Assembly (NCBI GenBank): GCA_963663765.2
Contig: CAXXUA010000015.1
Location: 1-64,000 of the forward strand
DNA from: Candidatus Poribacteria bacterium
GTDB lineage: Bacteria; Poribacteria; WGA-4E; WGA-3G
Direction: 5' to 3'
DNA: 64,000 bases
The notes beneath the pieces were generated by a model, which worked only from the letters and a program-made list of their open reading frames with translations, was not told where the DNA came from and did no database searches. Positions 30,317-40,106 of the stretch are shown in pieces. The translations under genes and the position numbers were made by a program. How positions within the stretch are numbered: position 1 is the stretch's first letter; every line of letters starts with the position of its first letter.

Positions 30317-31576
30317 ATGTCTGAGCGTTTAGCGATTGATGGTGGATCACCTACCATCACAGAACCGATACCTGGTGGTATGCATGGACCAAGTGTTATA
30401 GATGAGCGCGAGATAGATGCTGTAACAGAAGTGCTCAGAAGTGGTAGACTCTTTCGTTTCGTAGAAAATTCCAATGTTGCAGCTTTTGAAAAAGAGGCAG
30501 CAGCAAGACTCGGTGTGAAACACGCTTTGATGGTGAACTCAGGTACTTCGGCTATCATTTGTGCTCTCACAGGTATTGGAGTCGGACCAGGCGACGAGGT
30601 GATTTTACCGGGGTATACCTTTATAGCTACAGCTGCAGCAATTGTCGGTGTTGGTGCAATTCCAGTGATTGCGGAAATTGACGATTCCCTTGGTTTGGAT
30701 CCGGTAGATGTTGAACAGAAAATTACACCTCAGACCAAAGCTATTCTACCTGTTCACATGCAAGGTGTACCTTGTCGTCTTGAAGCAATTATATCATTAG
30801 CAAAAAAACATAATCTCAAAGTTGTTGAAGATTGCTGTCAGTGTGTTGGTGGACAGTATAACGGTAAATATGCTGGTACTTGGGGTGATGCAGGTGCATG
30901 GAGTCTGAATTACTTCAAGATAATCACTTGTGGTGAAGGTGGTTTAGTCTTTACGAATGATTACAATACGTATGAACGCGCAGCGTTTGCTTCTGAACCC
31001 GGATTGCCGATGTGGATGAGTGATTCTGAATGGCAAAGCGATCCGTTTTCATGTCAAACATATCGCCCGGGAGAAATGTTAGGTGCAATTGCTCGTGTGC
31101 AACTCACGAAATTGGATGATATTCTGGGACACACCCGTCTGTTAAAAAAAGCATTTGTTTCTGAACTCTCCGAAAATCCAAAAGGTTATGTACATCAACA
31201 TGTGGATGATCCGAGTGGCGAGTGCGGTATAAGTACAGCGATCATTGTGAACGATGTTGAACTTGCAAAGAAGTATACAGAAGCACTCAGAGCAGAAGGA
31301 TTAGGTGCTGGAACTGCTTACAATGAAGGTTTCCCAGACCGACATATTTACACATATTGGGATTCCATTCTGTTTAAGCATTCACCAAACGCTGCCGGCT
31401 ACCCGTGGAAAGACCCACGATATAAGGGTGATGTAGAGTATTCAAGAGATATGTGTCCCCAAACACTTTCAATTCTCGGTCGTGCACTTAGGTTTGGGTT
31501 CAATGTAAATATGCAGGAAGAACATGCAAGACTGATGGCAGCCGCTATCAATAAAGTTGACAACGTGTTGGGATAG
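30317..31576 (+). CDS. DegT/DnrJ/EryC1/StrS family aminotransferase
   Basis: NSGTSA, GPGDEVI.P.YTF.AT, PVHMQG, EDCCQ, SLNYFKIITCGEGG. Confidence 0.92.
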   Translation: MSERLAIDGGSPTITEPIPGGMHGPSVIDEREIDAVTEVLRSGRLFRFVENSNVAAFEKEAAARLGVKHALMVNSGTSAIICALTGIGVGPGDEVILPGYTFIATAAAIVGVGAIPVIAEIDDSLGLDPVDVEQKITPQTKAILPVHMQGVPCRLEAIISLAKKHNLKVVEDCCQCVGGQYNGKYAGTWGDAGAWSLNYFKIITCGEGGLVFTNDYNTYERAAFASEPGLPMWMSDSEWQSDPFSCQTYRPGEMLGAIARVQLTKLDDILGHTRLLKKAFVSELSENPKGYVHQHVDDPSGECGISTAIIVNDVELAKKYTEALRAEGLGAGTAYNEGFPDRHIYTYWDSILFKHSPNAAGYPWKDPRYKGDVEYSRDMCPQTLSILGRALRFGFNVNMQEEHARLMAAAINKVDNVLG

Positions 31577-31626
31577 TAGTTTATTTGTCTGGTTTCCATA
31601 GATTTTGATGAAAGGATTATATCTGA

Positions 31627-32421
31627 ATGAAGATAACGATTTTGGGTTCAGGAACGTCAACAGGAGTTCCTGAGTATAAGTGTGAATGTGAAACTTGTCA
31701 TGATTCAGAACAGGTTGGATCAAAGAACTATCGTACACGTTCATCTGTGCATATTGAAAAAGATGGAAAACACCTTCAATTTGATCTCAGTCCAAACTTT
31801 ATGGATCAAATCAATAGGAATAAGATTGAATGGATTGACGCTGTTATCTATACACACTGCCATTCAGACCACATTAGTGGTACAAACGATATTGTCATGC
31901 CGTGCCGAAAACAGCGTATGGATATGCCAATTTTCGGCCCCGAACAAACAATAAAAATCCTGCAACGAAACTATAATTACATGTTCACGAAGGAGACATT
32001 TCAAGGTGGTGGTGTAGGTCACTTGCTTCCGAATGTTGTTGATGGTAAATTTCAGCTACACGGTTTTGACATTATCCCTATTCCTGTTGAACACGGAAAT
32101 GTTGATACTTTCGGTTATCGGATTGATGATTTTGGTTACTTGCCTGATGTTAAGACCTTACCAGAATCCTCACGACCACTTCTTGAAGGTATAAATATAT
32201 TAGTCATTGATGCGTTAAGTTTCAATCCAAACCATCCAACACATCAATCAGTGGGACAGGCATTGGAAATTAGTGCTGCGTTGAAACCGAAGAAAACGTA
32301 TTTTACTCACATTATGCATCGTCTTGACCATCGCTATTTTCCTGATCAATGTAAGGAGCAAAACATTGATTTACCTGACAATGCTTATCTTGCCTACGAT
32401 GGTCAGGTTATAAGTTTCTGA
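31627..32421 (+). CDS. MBL-fold metallo-hydrolase (PhnP-like)
   Basis: LGSGTSTGVP..C.C..C, THCHSDH, HPTH, THIMH, LAYDG. Confidence 0.9.
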   Translation: MKITILGSGTSTGVPEYKCECETCHDSEQVGSKNYRTRSSVHIEKDGKHLQFDLSPNFMDQINRNKIEWIDAVIYTHCHSDHISGTNDIVMPCRKQRMDMPIFGPEQTIKILQRNYNYMFTKETFQGGGVGHLLPNVVDGKFQLHGFDIIPIPVEHGNVDTFGYRIDDFGYLPDVKTLPESSRPLLEGINILVIDALSFNPNHPTHQSVGQALEISAALKPKKTYFTHIMHRLDHRYFPDQCKEQNIDLPDNAYLAYDGQVISF

Positions 32422-32600
32422 CATACTCCCCAAGCTAAAGCATGGGGGTTCTTAGTTCTTATATTGGAAACAGTTTGAGTTGTTTCCAAACGACTTTTCC
32501 TGCTTCCGTGTCTCGTGCCCTTTCCTGAACAGCGTTGGGTCTTATTTGCACTCCACAGGCGTGACTTTCGGTGTGTCCCACCGTACTTGGTTTCAAGTTT
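32418..32600 (-). ncRNA. Predicted TnpB omegaRNA (reRNA) scaffold overlapping the tnpB 3' end and the right end
   Basis: Position inferred from known TnpB biology; RE hairpin visible; 5' boundary is a guess. Confidence 0.45.
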
Positions 32601-33649
32601 ATTGCAGCGTTGACATCTCTATCTATAGACATATCACATTGACTGCAGTGATACATTCTTTCTGAAAGTGTTAGGTCTTTCTTTTTGTGTCCACAACCGG
32701 AACAGGTTTTACTACTTGCAAAGAACTGATTTGCTTGTAATACAGGTATACCGCGCACTTCCGCTTTTGTCTTGAGTTTTAGCAGGAAACCGCCTAATGC
32801 TGAATCTGACAATACTTTTGCGAGGTTTCTGTTCTTCAGCATATTAGTAACCTTGAGTGTCTCAATACCGATCGCAGATGCGAGGTTGACAATCTCTGTA
32901 GTTGCTTTATGATGTGCATCGTTTCGGATACAAGCGATACGATAGTGGATACGTTCTAACTTGTGTTTCTGCTTGAACCAGTTGTTAGACTTGAAAACTT
33001 TTCTACTTAATCTACGTTGTTCTCTTGCTAACTTCTTTTCATATCGTTTCAGGGGTCTTGGATTATCATATTTCGTGCTATCACTCAAGGTGGCAAGGGT
33101 GTTTATGCCTACATCTATACCAATCACAGGGTGCGTTGAGTTATCAACTGCTTCGGTGTCCTCTGTTTCTATGGTGATAGATACAAACCAACGATGTGCT
33201 GTCCTTGAGATCGTCACTTTCATAATCTTACCCACAAAACGCAATGATTCAAACATGCTAATCCAACCAATCTTAGGAAGTTTGATACGCTTGCCTTCAA
33301 CTTCTACAGATTGATTATTTGTGGTGAATGCGTCCTTTTTGCCACGCTTCTTGAACTTCGGAAATCTCGCACGTTTACCAACCCAATTCGCAAGCGCAGC
33401 AGACAAGTTACCAAATATGCTTTTATTGGCTACAACCTGATCCATATCTTTAGTCCAAGCATGTGCTTTCTTAGCAATATTAAATCGAGTGTTTAACTTC
33501 GCAGCGGATAAGAACTCATCATTTGCCAATGCAGACTTGAAATCTGCTAATGCATGATTATATGCAAATCTCGCATAGCCACACTGTTGTGCAAACCAAT
33601 TTCGTTGAGTGTTATTTGGATTCAAGGCAATCTTATGTGTTTTTAGCAT
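32459..33649 (-). CDS. tnpB: RNA-guided endonuclease TnpB
   Basis: N-terminal HTH; RuvC residues in GIDVG, IGIETL and DRDVNAA; CxxC...CxxC zinc finger. Confidence 0.93.
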   Translation of the reverse strand: MLKTHKIALNPNNTQRNWFAQQCGYARFAYNHALADFKSALANDEFLSAAKLNTRFNIAKKAHAWTKDMDQVVANKSIFGNLSAALANWVGKRARFPKFKKRGKKDAFTTNNQSVEVEGKRIKLPKIGWISMFESLRFVGKIMKVTISRTAHRWFVSITIETEDTEAVDNSTHPVIGIDVGINTLATLSDSTKYDNPRPLKRYEKKLAREQRRLSRKVFKSNNWFKQKHKLERIHYRIACIRNDAHHKATTEIVNLASAIGIETLKVTNMLKNRNLAKVLSDSALGGFLLKLKTKAEVRGIPVLQANQFFASSKTCSGCGHKKKDLTLSERMYHCSQCDMSIDRDVNAAINLKPSTVGHTESHACGVQIRPNAVQERARDTEAGKVVWKQLKLFPI

Positions 33650-33879
33650 GATGATATTCCAGTCCTATGAAGATGTCAGTTCCCTCTACTAAAGGTGTGT
33701 AGGTGTTAGTAGCACCTACACTGAACTGGTATAATGAGTATCTCATGGTTTTAACCAAAAATCAAGTTTTTTCTTGACACAAGCACTTAGCACGACTACA
33801 TCCCACTACCTAAAGGTAGGGGTTTTGTCGTGATTCTTGATAATTCTTACACTCCAAATTGGAATAATTGCAGACATTG

Positions 33880-35589
33880 TTATTTGCTGTTTTTCTGTGG
33901 GACTGCTGGTTCAACATAAAGCGTTTTTTCGTGTGTGTAATGCACATAGCCAGCAACATTTCCCTTACGTTTTACTACATACCGTGCCCAAGTATAGTCT
34001 ACCGGAACATAACTTGAATGATGTGCCTTGCTGTAAAAAGCAGCGAGTTGTGCGGCTTGTAATAGTGTTGGCATAGGAATGTCTGGACGGTTTTCGGGGT
34101 TGCGGATAATGACATGTGATCCGTGTATCTGCTTTGCATGCAACCACATATCTCGTGGTTTAGCAATCTCACGTAGTAGTAAATCGTTTGATTGACTATT
34201 CCGTCCAACATAGATGTGAAACCCGTTTTTTGAGACATATTTACGGAAGGGACCTTCAGCTTTTTCCTGCTGCTTTTTGTTTCGATTTTGTGTTTTTATG
34301 TATCCATTTTCTATCAGGACATCTTGTAGTTTGTTTAAATCTTTGAGGGAATTTGCTGAACCTAACCTGAGTTCATAGTTTTTCACTATCTCTTTTTCTG
34401 TGTCCAGTTCCCCTATTCTTTGTTGTATCTGTGATAACCCGCGTTTTGCTTTAGTGTATTTCTTGAAAAATGCTTGTGCATTTTCTGAGGGTGTCTGTAT
34501 CGGATTAAGTGAGATTGTAATGTTTTCCATCTCATCACTGTAATAATTCTGCAATTCTACTTCTTCTTGACCCCGAGAAATATTATGGAGATTTGCAAGT
34601 AAGAGTTCACCCAGAATTCGGTAATCTTCAGCTTTTTCTGATCGGTCTAAATCCTTGCGTAGACCTATTTCTTTCCGTTTAAGCAGATTTTTCTGTTTCT
34701 CCAGTGCCTGTTTCAGACCGTGTCTTTTTGATGTTAGGTTTTCTCTTAAGGTAACTGCATCATAATATGCGGAAAGAGCTTCACTCATTGAGGAAAATGA
34801 TTGAGAAGTGGTATCGGCGTATTGTGTTAATGGTAGTGGTGACACTGCAACAGGTTCGTTGTCTTTCATTATTAGTTCTGGTTCTGCATTCTTGGGGTCA
34901 AAATATGCAACGACTTGATTATATGCTTCCCAAAGATCATAATATTCTGTGCGCGCAATTATTTCCTTTGCAAGTGTTGGACTAAGACCATCAATCTGGT
35001 TAAAAAGAGATTTCCAGTTAAACTCTGTATCTACAAAAAGTTCTGAAAACGTTGCTTTGTCTATTGACAATGGATCTAACTTTTCTTGTTGTGGTGGCAA
35101 AGTGTATGTCTCACCTGGGAGTACTTCTCTATAACGACTCATTGTCTCGTCAATGTGTTTAAGACATTCAATGATCCTATCTTCAGTCGTATCAATCAGA
35201 ATGATGTTGCTGTGTTTACCCATGAATTCAGCGATGATTGCCTTTTGTGGTATTTGGATGGGTTCGTCAGAAACAGGTTGGATTGTTATTTTCAAAATTC
35301 TGTCACAACCCAGTTGTTGTATATCTACGATTTTTCCATGTTTTAGGTGTGTTGCAAGAAAGTCTGCGAAATAGGATTGTTTCTGTCCTGCGGGTGGTTT
35401 TTGAATGAGATGAGCGCGTGCATGAACAGAATGTGCTGATATTGTTAACCAGTGAGTTTGCTTATCTTTTAATATCTTAACGGAAAATGTTGTTGGGTTA
35501 GATTGTTCAATATGTCGAATTGTCCCACCAATCAGATTTTGGCGCAATTCATGGGTAACAATGCGTAGTGTTAGACTATCATAAGACAT
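33880..35589 (-). CDS. rqcH: NFACT/FbpA family ribosome quality-control protein
   Basis: EFMGKHSNIIL, ENAQxxFKKYxKAK, VGRNxxxND, WLHAKxIHGSHV, VPVDYT. Confidence 0.88.
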   Translation of the reverse strand: MSYDSLTLRIVTHELRQNLIGGTIRHIEQSNPTTFSVKILKDKQTHWLTISAHSVHARAHLIQKPPAGQKQSYFADFLATHLKHGKIVDIQQLGCDRILKITIQPVSDEPIQIPQKAIIAEFMGKHSNIILIDTTEDRIIECLKHIDETMSRYREVLPGETYTLPPQQEKLDPLSIDKATFSELFVDTEFNWKSLFNQIDGLSPTLAKEIIARTEYYDLWEAYNQVVAYFDPKNAEPELIMKDNEPVAVSPLPLTQYADTTSQSFSSMSEALSAYYDAVTLRENLTSKRHGLKQALEKQKNLLKRKEIGLRKDLDRSEKAEDYRILGELLLANLHNISRGQEEVELQNYYSDEMENITISLNPIQTPSENAQAFFKKYTKAKRGLSQIQQRIGELDTEKEIVKNYELRLGSANSLKDLNKLQDVLIENGYIKTQNRNKKQQEKAEGPFRKYVSKNGFHIYVGRNSQSNDLLLREIAKPRDMWLHAKQIHGSHVIIRNPENRPDIPMPTLLQAAQLAAFYSKAHHSSYVPVDYTWARYVVKRKGNVAGYVHYTHEKTLYVEPAVPQKNSK

Positions 35590-35610
35590 AGGAAAATCTC
35601 TGAAATTATA

Positions 35611-36549
35611 CTAATGGTATCGTTTCAAGTCTTGCGTGATTCTGCGAAGTTGTATCTGAATATCTTTTGGAACGCGTGGGTTGAATGGTGCACCGGTGCC
35701 TGCTTCAATATCGTCAAATTTACTTTGAATCATAGTTTCAACTACGGCAGAATAGTTAAATATTCTCTCGTTCATGAAACGTATTTCTTCAAGGAGAGAA
35801 ATGTCTTCCTCAATCTGAGCAGAGGTCTGATAATCACCTTTTCTTTGTGCATTATTTATTTCATCAGATGCGCGTGCGTAAGCAACTGCGATACCCGATG
35901 TATGTCCCTTTGTTCCTAACTGAGCAGCTCGCGTACATCTATCTCCAATGCCCCAGATAACAATGCCATTTTCTCCTACACCTTCAACGAGTGGAATAAC
36001 ACCATCTTCATCAGTTCCGATTTTTATACCGATGATATGAGGTGAATCGTTAATTAGTCTTATGACAGCCTTTATATCGCGTTTTTGTCTGAAATAGTAT
36101 AGAAATCTCGCATTACAATTACTTCCATAGTAATCAGTGAATTTCATATAAGTTTCATAGATACCATCAGGACTTGATATTCCCGATAATGGCATCAACA
36201 GATATACGTCAGGGGGTCTGTTCAATTCGCTCTGTGCTTCAATCAACTGACCAGCTTGCTTAATAGGATTTGGAACGATACCAGATATAAGGATACCATC
36301 AGTACCCATCTGCTTCCCAGTGGATTCAATCAGTCGTAACTGCTCAGTTTCAGCAATGTGGTGTATTAGGCTGGTACCAGCGATAGCGATAACACGTTTA
36401 CGTTCGTTATCAAGATAGTTATTAGACATCAGATAGTCAACGTTTTTTGCATGACCCACATAGTCAATTTTATCACCTTTGAATGGAATGATAGGTATGG
36501 TCGTGACTGAATTGAGTGCGTCTAATAAGTCGGGTAATTCAAATTCCAT
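35611..36549 (-). CDS. Dihydrodipicolinate synthase-like (class I aldolase) family protein
   Basis: TTIPIIPFK..IDY, YY, IIGIK pattern of DapA-like barrels. Confidence 0.7.
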   Translation of the reverse strand: MEFELPDLLDALNSVTTIPIIPFKGDKIDYVGHAKNVDYLMSNNYLDNERKRVIAIAGTSLIHHIAETEQLRLIESTGKQMGTDGILISGIVPNPIKQAGQLIEAQSELNRPPDVYLLMPLSGISSPDGIYETYMKFTDYYGSNCNARFLYYFRQKRDIKAVIRLINDSPHIIGIKIGTDEDGVIPLVEGVGENGIVIWGIGDRCTRAAQLGTKGHTSGIAVAYARASDEINNAQRKGDYQTSAQIEEDISLLEEIRFMNERIFNYSAVVETMIQSKFDDIEAGTGAPFNPRVPKDIQIQLRRITQDLKRYH

Positions 36550-36561
36550 TGCTTTCTCCAG

Positions 36562-37359
36562 TTAGAACTGCTTTCTAAGTACTAGTGCACTTTTTAGTTT
36601 ACCTGCATCAACATTTGTATCTAATTCTAATTGGAAATTACCTGCTTGTTGCATTTTTTGATTCCATCGTTTAGTCGTGATTCGTGCCTCTACTGCACTA
36701 AAAATATGATTTAGTATGACTAATCCTAACACGGTTCGTGCTTGTTGGAATGTGTCATTTGCATCTTGTCGTAAGTCATAAGCCTCTAATCTATATTTTG
36801 AGTCGAACTCAATGTCAGTATCCTTTTCATCCTTTAGCGATGGGTCAAGGTCTTTCCAATACCATTTCCCAGTGCGTGTTCGCGTTGTTGCAGAATCATA
36901 AACATGGTTCCAGTTTTCATATTGTGTTGCATGCTCAAAATCTTCAATGATGTCCCACGATTCAAACGAACCAGGACCTATGAAGATGACGTTGTCCCTA
37001 ACGACATCCCGATAATCGTCTCGCGTATTCACTGCACTGTTTCGTAGCAAAAAATAGGTAACAAGCAATCCGATCTCTGCTGCTGTATAGATGTAGCCAT
37101 GTTTTGCACCAGTGTAAATTTGCCCCATTCCTGGGATTGCAAGGGAATAAAGAAATGCTTCAGTAGGTGATTTTCGGGGAACAAGATTTTCCTCAGCATA
37201 AGTTGAAATTAGTGAGAAATCTGATAGAGTTCTAATACCAAGTTTTGAATCCAAATAGAATTCTGTTAGTGGGTTAGTATGGGTTGGATTGTCTGCTAAG
37301 CATATAGCGGACGTAAAACACAAAAAAGATATACAGATTAGTGTTGTAGTGTTTTTCAC
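36562..37359 (-). CDS. Hypothetical exported/outer-membrane-associated protein (DUF5683-like)
   Basis: Signal peptide; KSPxxAFLYSLAIPGMGQIY motif; terminal Phe. Confidence 0.7.
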   Translation of the reverse strand: MKNTTTLICISFLCFTSAICLADNPTHTNPLTEFYLDSKLGIRTLSDFSLISTYAEENLVPRKSPTEAFLYSLAIPGMGQIYTGAKHGYIYTAAEIGLLVTYFLLRNSAVNTRDDYRDVVRDNVIFIGPGSFESWDIIEDFEHATQYENWNHVYDSATTRTRTGKWYWKDLDPSLKDEKDTDIEFDSKYRLEAYDLRQDANDTFQQARTVLGLVILNHIFSAVEARITTKRWNQKMQQAGNFQLELDTNVDAGKLKSALVLRKQF

Positions 37360-37383
37360 TGATAAAATAATTCCTATAAAAGA

Positions 37384-38544
37384 CTAAAATACAACGACTC
37401 CTGTTGCTTCAATAAGTCTTTCTTGGTTAGGACCAAATCGTGGACCATAGGTTAAGTCAAAACTAAATAGAGAATACTTTATGCCAATGCCGTAAGTCAG
37501 ATGATCCGTTAAATCTGGCAAGTTAATACCCGGTTCCGATTTGTATCCGACTCTTAGAGCCAACAAGTTTCCAAGCCAATATTCTAAACCAAGGTTTTTT
37601 TGCAGATGTCTCCATTCAAGAGAACGAAAACCTACACCTCGATCAGAAAGGAGTTGTTCCTTAGTGAGTTTATCGGTTCTATCAGCATTAAGTCTTTCCA
37701 AATCTGCTTCTAATTCAGTTTCATCTTCAGTGAGTTTATCAATATAAGCAGTTAACCCAGTAACGAACCGTAAATGATTGTACCTATCTTGATATAAACT
37801 GGTAGAAGTTCCGATTCTGAACATTCTTGGTAGTGGGTCTGCTTGGTTTTCATCTATAAATGAGATTCCTGGACCAATATTTTGAATAGCAAGACCGACA
37901 GTAGTTGGTATTGGTCTGAACGGAAGTAGATATTGTACACCCAAATCAACCGCATAGGAACTTCCATTCTCTCTGCCGAGTACCATTCGGATCATTTTCC
38001 CATTTATTCCAGCAGCCAAAGAATTCGTAATCTTATCTGCGTATGAGAATGTGATTGCCATGTTCGTACCAAGATTTTCCTCACGTAGCACATCTGGAGA
38101 ATCACTTGTTACTTGAATAGTTCCTTGTCCTTGCAATTGTAAAGTTGCTGCGACTGTGCCTATATCACCGAGAGGTAATGCACCGGAAACGAAAGTGTAG
38201 TATAACCCTTCACCAGCTTCTCCGAATGGTGCACTATAGTCAGTGTAAAACATTGAGGCTTGTGCTCCCTGCCTACCAGTACGTAATTTGCTTTCAGGCA
38301 TGACAGCTAAACCACTTGGATTCCACAAGGTGGTAGTTACATCACCAGACATAGCAGAAAACGCGTCACCCATTGCTCTTGCTCTGGCACCACCGCCTAA
38401 ATTTAGAATTTGTGCACCTGTTCTACCAGGGCCCGCAGATACTGTTGCTGGGATAGCGAATATTACCAGCATCAGTAATATAGATATTTTCTTCATTAAT
38501 CGTGTAGCTAATTGTTCGTTGAAATTCCATTTGAAATTCAACAA
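37384..38544 (-). CDS. PorV/PorQ-like outer-membrane beta-barrel
   Basis: GAQILNLGGGARARAMGDAF...WNPSGL, ADPLP, LALRVGY; terminal Phe; GGAGG RBS. Confidence 0.85.
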   Translation of the reverse strand: MLNFKWNFNEQLATRLMKKISILLMLVIFAIPATVSAGPGRTGAQILNLGGGARARAMGDAFSAMSGDVTTTLWNPSGLAVMPESKLRTGRQGAQASMFYTDYSAPFGEAGEGLYYTFVSGALPLGDIGTVAATLQLQGQGTIQVTSDSPDVLREENLGTNMAITFSYADKITNSLAAGINGKMIRMVLGRENGSSYAVDLGVQYLLPFRPIPTTVGLAIQNIGPGISFIDENQADPLPRMFRIGTSTSLYQDRYNHLRFVTGLTAYIDKLTEDETELEADLERLNADRTDKLTKEQLLSDRGVGFRSLEWRHLQKNLGLEYWLGNLLALRVGYKSEPGINLPDLTDHLTYGIGIKYSLFSFDLTYGPRFGPNQERLIEATGVVVF

Positions 38545-38662
38545 ATAGCACCTCCAATGTACATTATGTGATTGTAAAGAAGTGTATATATTGTATAACG
38601 TAAAAAGGTTCGTTGGGTTTACATTGATATATTTGGAAATTGGTTTTTAATTGTATAATATG

Positions 38663-38721
38663 CAGGACTAATGCAGTTTACTCTTATAGTCTCCTTGATA
38701 TGTTAGAATGCGTAAATCCTG
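38663..38721. repeat. Degenerate 59-bp mini copy of MITE family B
   Basis: CAGGACTAATGCA ... TGCGTAAATCCTG. Confidence 0.5.
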
Positions 38722-38803
38722 AATAAATAAGTTTTCTCACAAGTGTCAATCCATGTAAGAATCAAAAGTGTTAGCATTTCACTTGAGGGAGGGTTTCTCC
38801 TGT

Positions 38804-38914
38804 ATGAGGGGTTTGTAACCCCGATTATACAGGATTCAAATTGCTAAATCCGGATTGAAAACCCAGATCTCAAAGAACATGCATAACAAATCGGGGTTAC
38901 AAACCCCTCTCACA
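38804..38914. repeat. REP-like inverted doublet
   Basis: GAGGGGTTTGTAACCCCGATT ... AATCGGGGTTACAAACCCCTC. Confidence 0.7.
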
Positions 38915-39050
38915 AAGATGTATTGTGACAATTGAATACCTCTGCAAAATATACTTGCAAAATTTTCTCAAGTATGGTATCCTTATTCATTAAGAAAACA
39001 GTATGAAACCTACCCACATATTTTGACGTTAACTTCAAGGAGTCTATACA

Positions 39051-39476
39051 ATGGACGCAAGAACGCTATCACTACCGATTAGCACCCTTGATTACAAACA
39101 ACCTTCAACCGTACAAGAAGGCACTCCCGTTTCAGATGCAATAGACATTATGCAAGCGGAGGGATTCGGATGCGTCCTTGTCGTAGACAACGATCAACGT
39201 CTTGTCGGAATTATAACTGACCGTGATCTACTCGTTAATATTTGTGGAAAACGATTAGACCCTGAAGTAGTAAAAGTTGAAGAAATAATGTCAACGAACC
39301 CAGAATCTTTGCGTGCAAGTGACTCAATCGCTTTCGCTTTGAACCTGATGCATCTCGGACATTTTAGACATGTCCCACTCAGTATCTGGGACGATCAAAA
39401 TCAACAATTTCCAGTTGGACTTATTTCAACACGAGACATTTTAGACCACGTGGCAATTTTCATTGAGAACCAGTAA
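39051..39476 (+). CDS. CBS domain protein
   Basis: Tandem CBS motifs LVGIITDRD, FRHVP, GLISTRD. Confidence 0.9.
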   Translation: MDARTLSLPISTLDYKQPSTVQEGTPVSDAIDIMQAEGFGCVLVVDNDQRLVGIITDRDLLVNICGKRLDPEVVKVEEIMSTNPESLRASDSIAFALNLMHLGHFRHVPLSIWDDQNQQFPVGLISTRDILDHVAIFIENQ

Positions 39477-39490
39477 GGAGGCGAATAAAG

Positions 39491-40030
39491 ATGCTATACG
39501 AACACGCAATTGATGAAGAAATAGCACAGATGGATGAAGATATAGAAGCCTCTCAAAAAGCGTTGCAAGTCAGTGAAATTAAAGTACCACTTCGTAGTTT
39601 GATGCGCGGTTGCATTACAATTGATATAGGTGCTAGCACACAGAATGCTATTGATATACTCATCAAACATCGTATCGGTGCAGCTTCGGTCGTAGAAAAT
39701 GAAAAAATACGCGGTATCTTCGGTGAACGGGACGTACTACGAAAAATCCTAAATAAACAGGTCGGAGAACTCTCGGATATTCCTGTTACACATTTCATGA
39801 AAGCTGACCCACAAACGGCAAAACCCAATGATATGTTGGATATTGCAGTCCTTTACATGGCAAAAGGAGGATTCCGACATTTACCAATCGTCAATGAAGA
39901 ACAGCAACCCATTGGCATGGTTTCAATCCGAGATGTTATCTCCTATCTCGTGGATTTTTTCCCACAAGAAGTCTTGACATTGCCACCAAACCCGATACGA
40001 GATGCGTTGAAAGCACGAGAAGGAGCATAA
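39491..40030 (+). CDS. CBS domain protein
   Basis: GIFGERD, GFRHLPIV, GMVSIRD. Confidence 0.9.
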   Translation: MLYEHAIDEEIAQMDEDIEASQKALQVSEIKVPLRSLMRGCITIDIGASTQNAIDILIKHRIGAASVVENEKIRGIFGERDVLRKILNKQVGELSDIPVTHFMKADPQTAKPNDMLDIAVLYMAKGGFRHLPIVNEEQQPIGMVSIRDVISYLVDFFPQEVLTLPPNPIRDALKAREGA

Positions 40031-40106
40031 AAATGGAAATGGTTTCTTATAGGTGCATACACCAGTACCACCTTTAACAATACGAACAAAAAAAGGTTGA
40101 ACACTG

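Larger units (their letters stand above)
32418..33839 (-). mobile_element. IS200/IS605-family element encoding only TnpB (IS1341-like)
   Basis: Subterminal hairpins at both ends (CCCCATGCTTTAGCTTGGGG and CCCCTACCTTTAGGTAGTGGG); right end TCAG; left end preceded by TTAT; joining the flanks restores an in-frame stop in the host gene. Confidence 0.8.
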
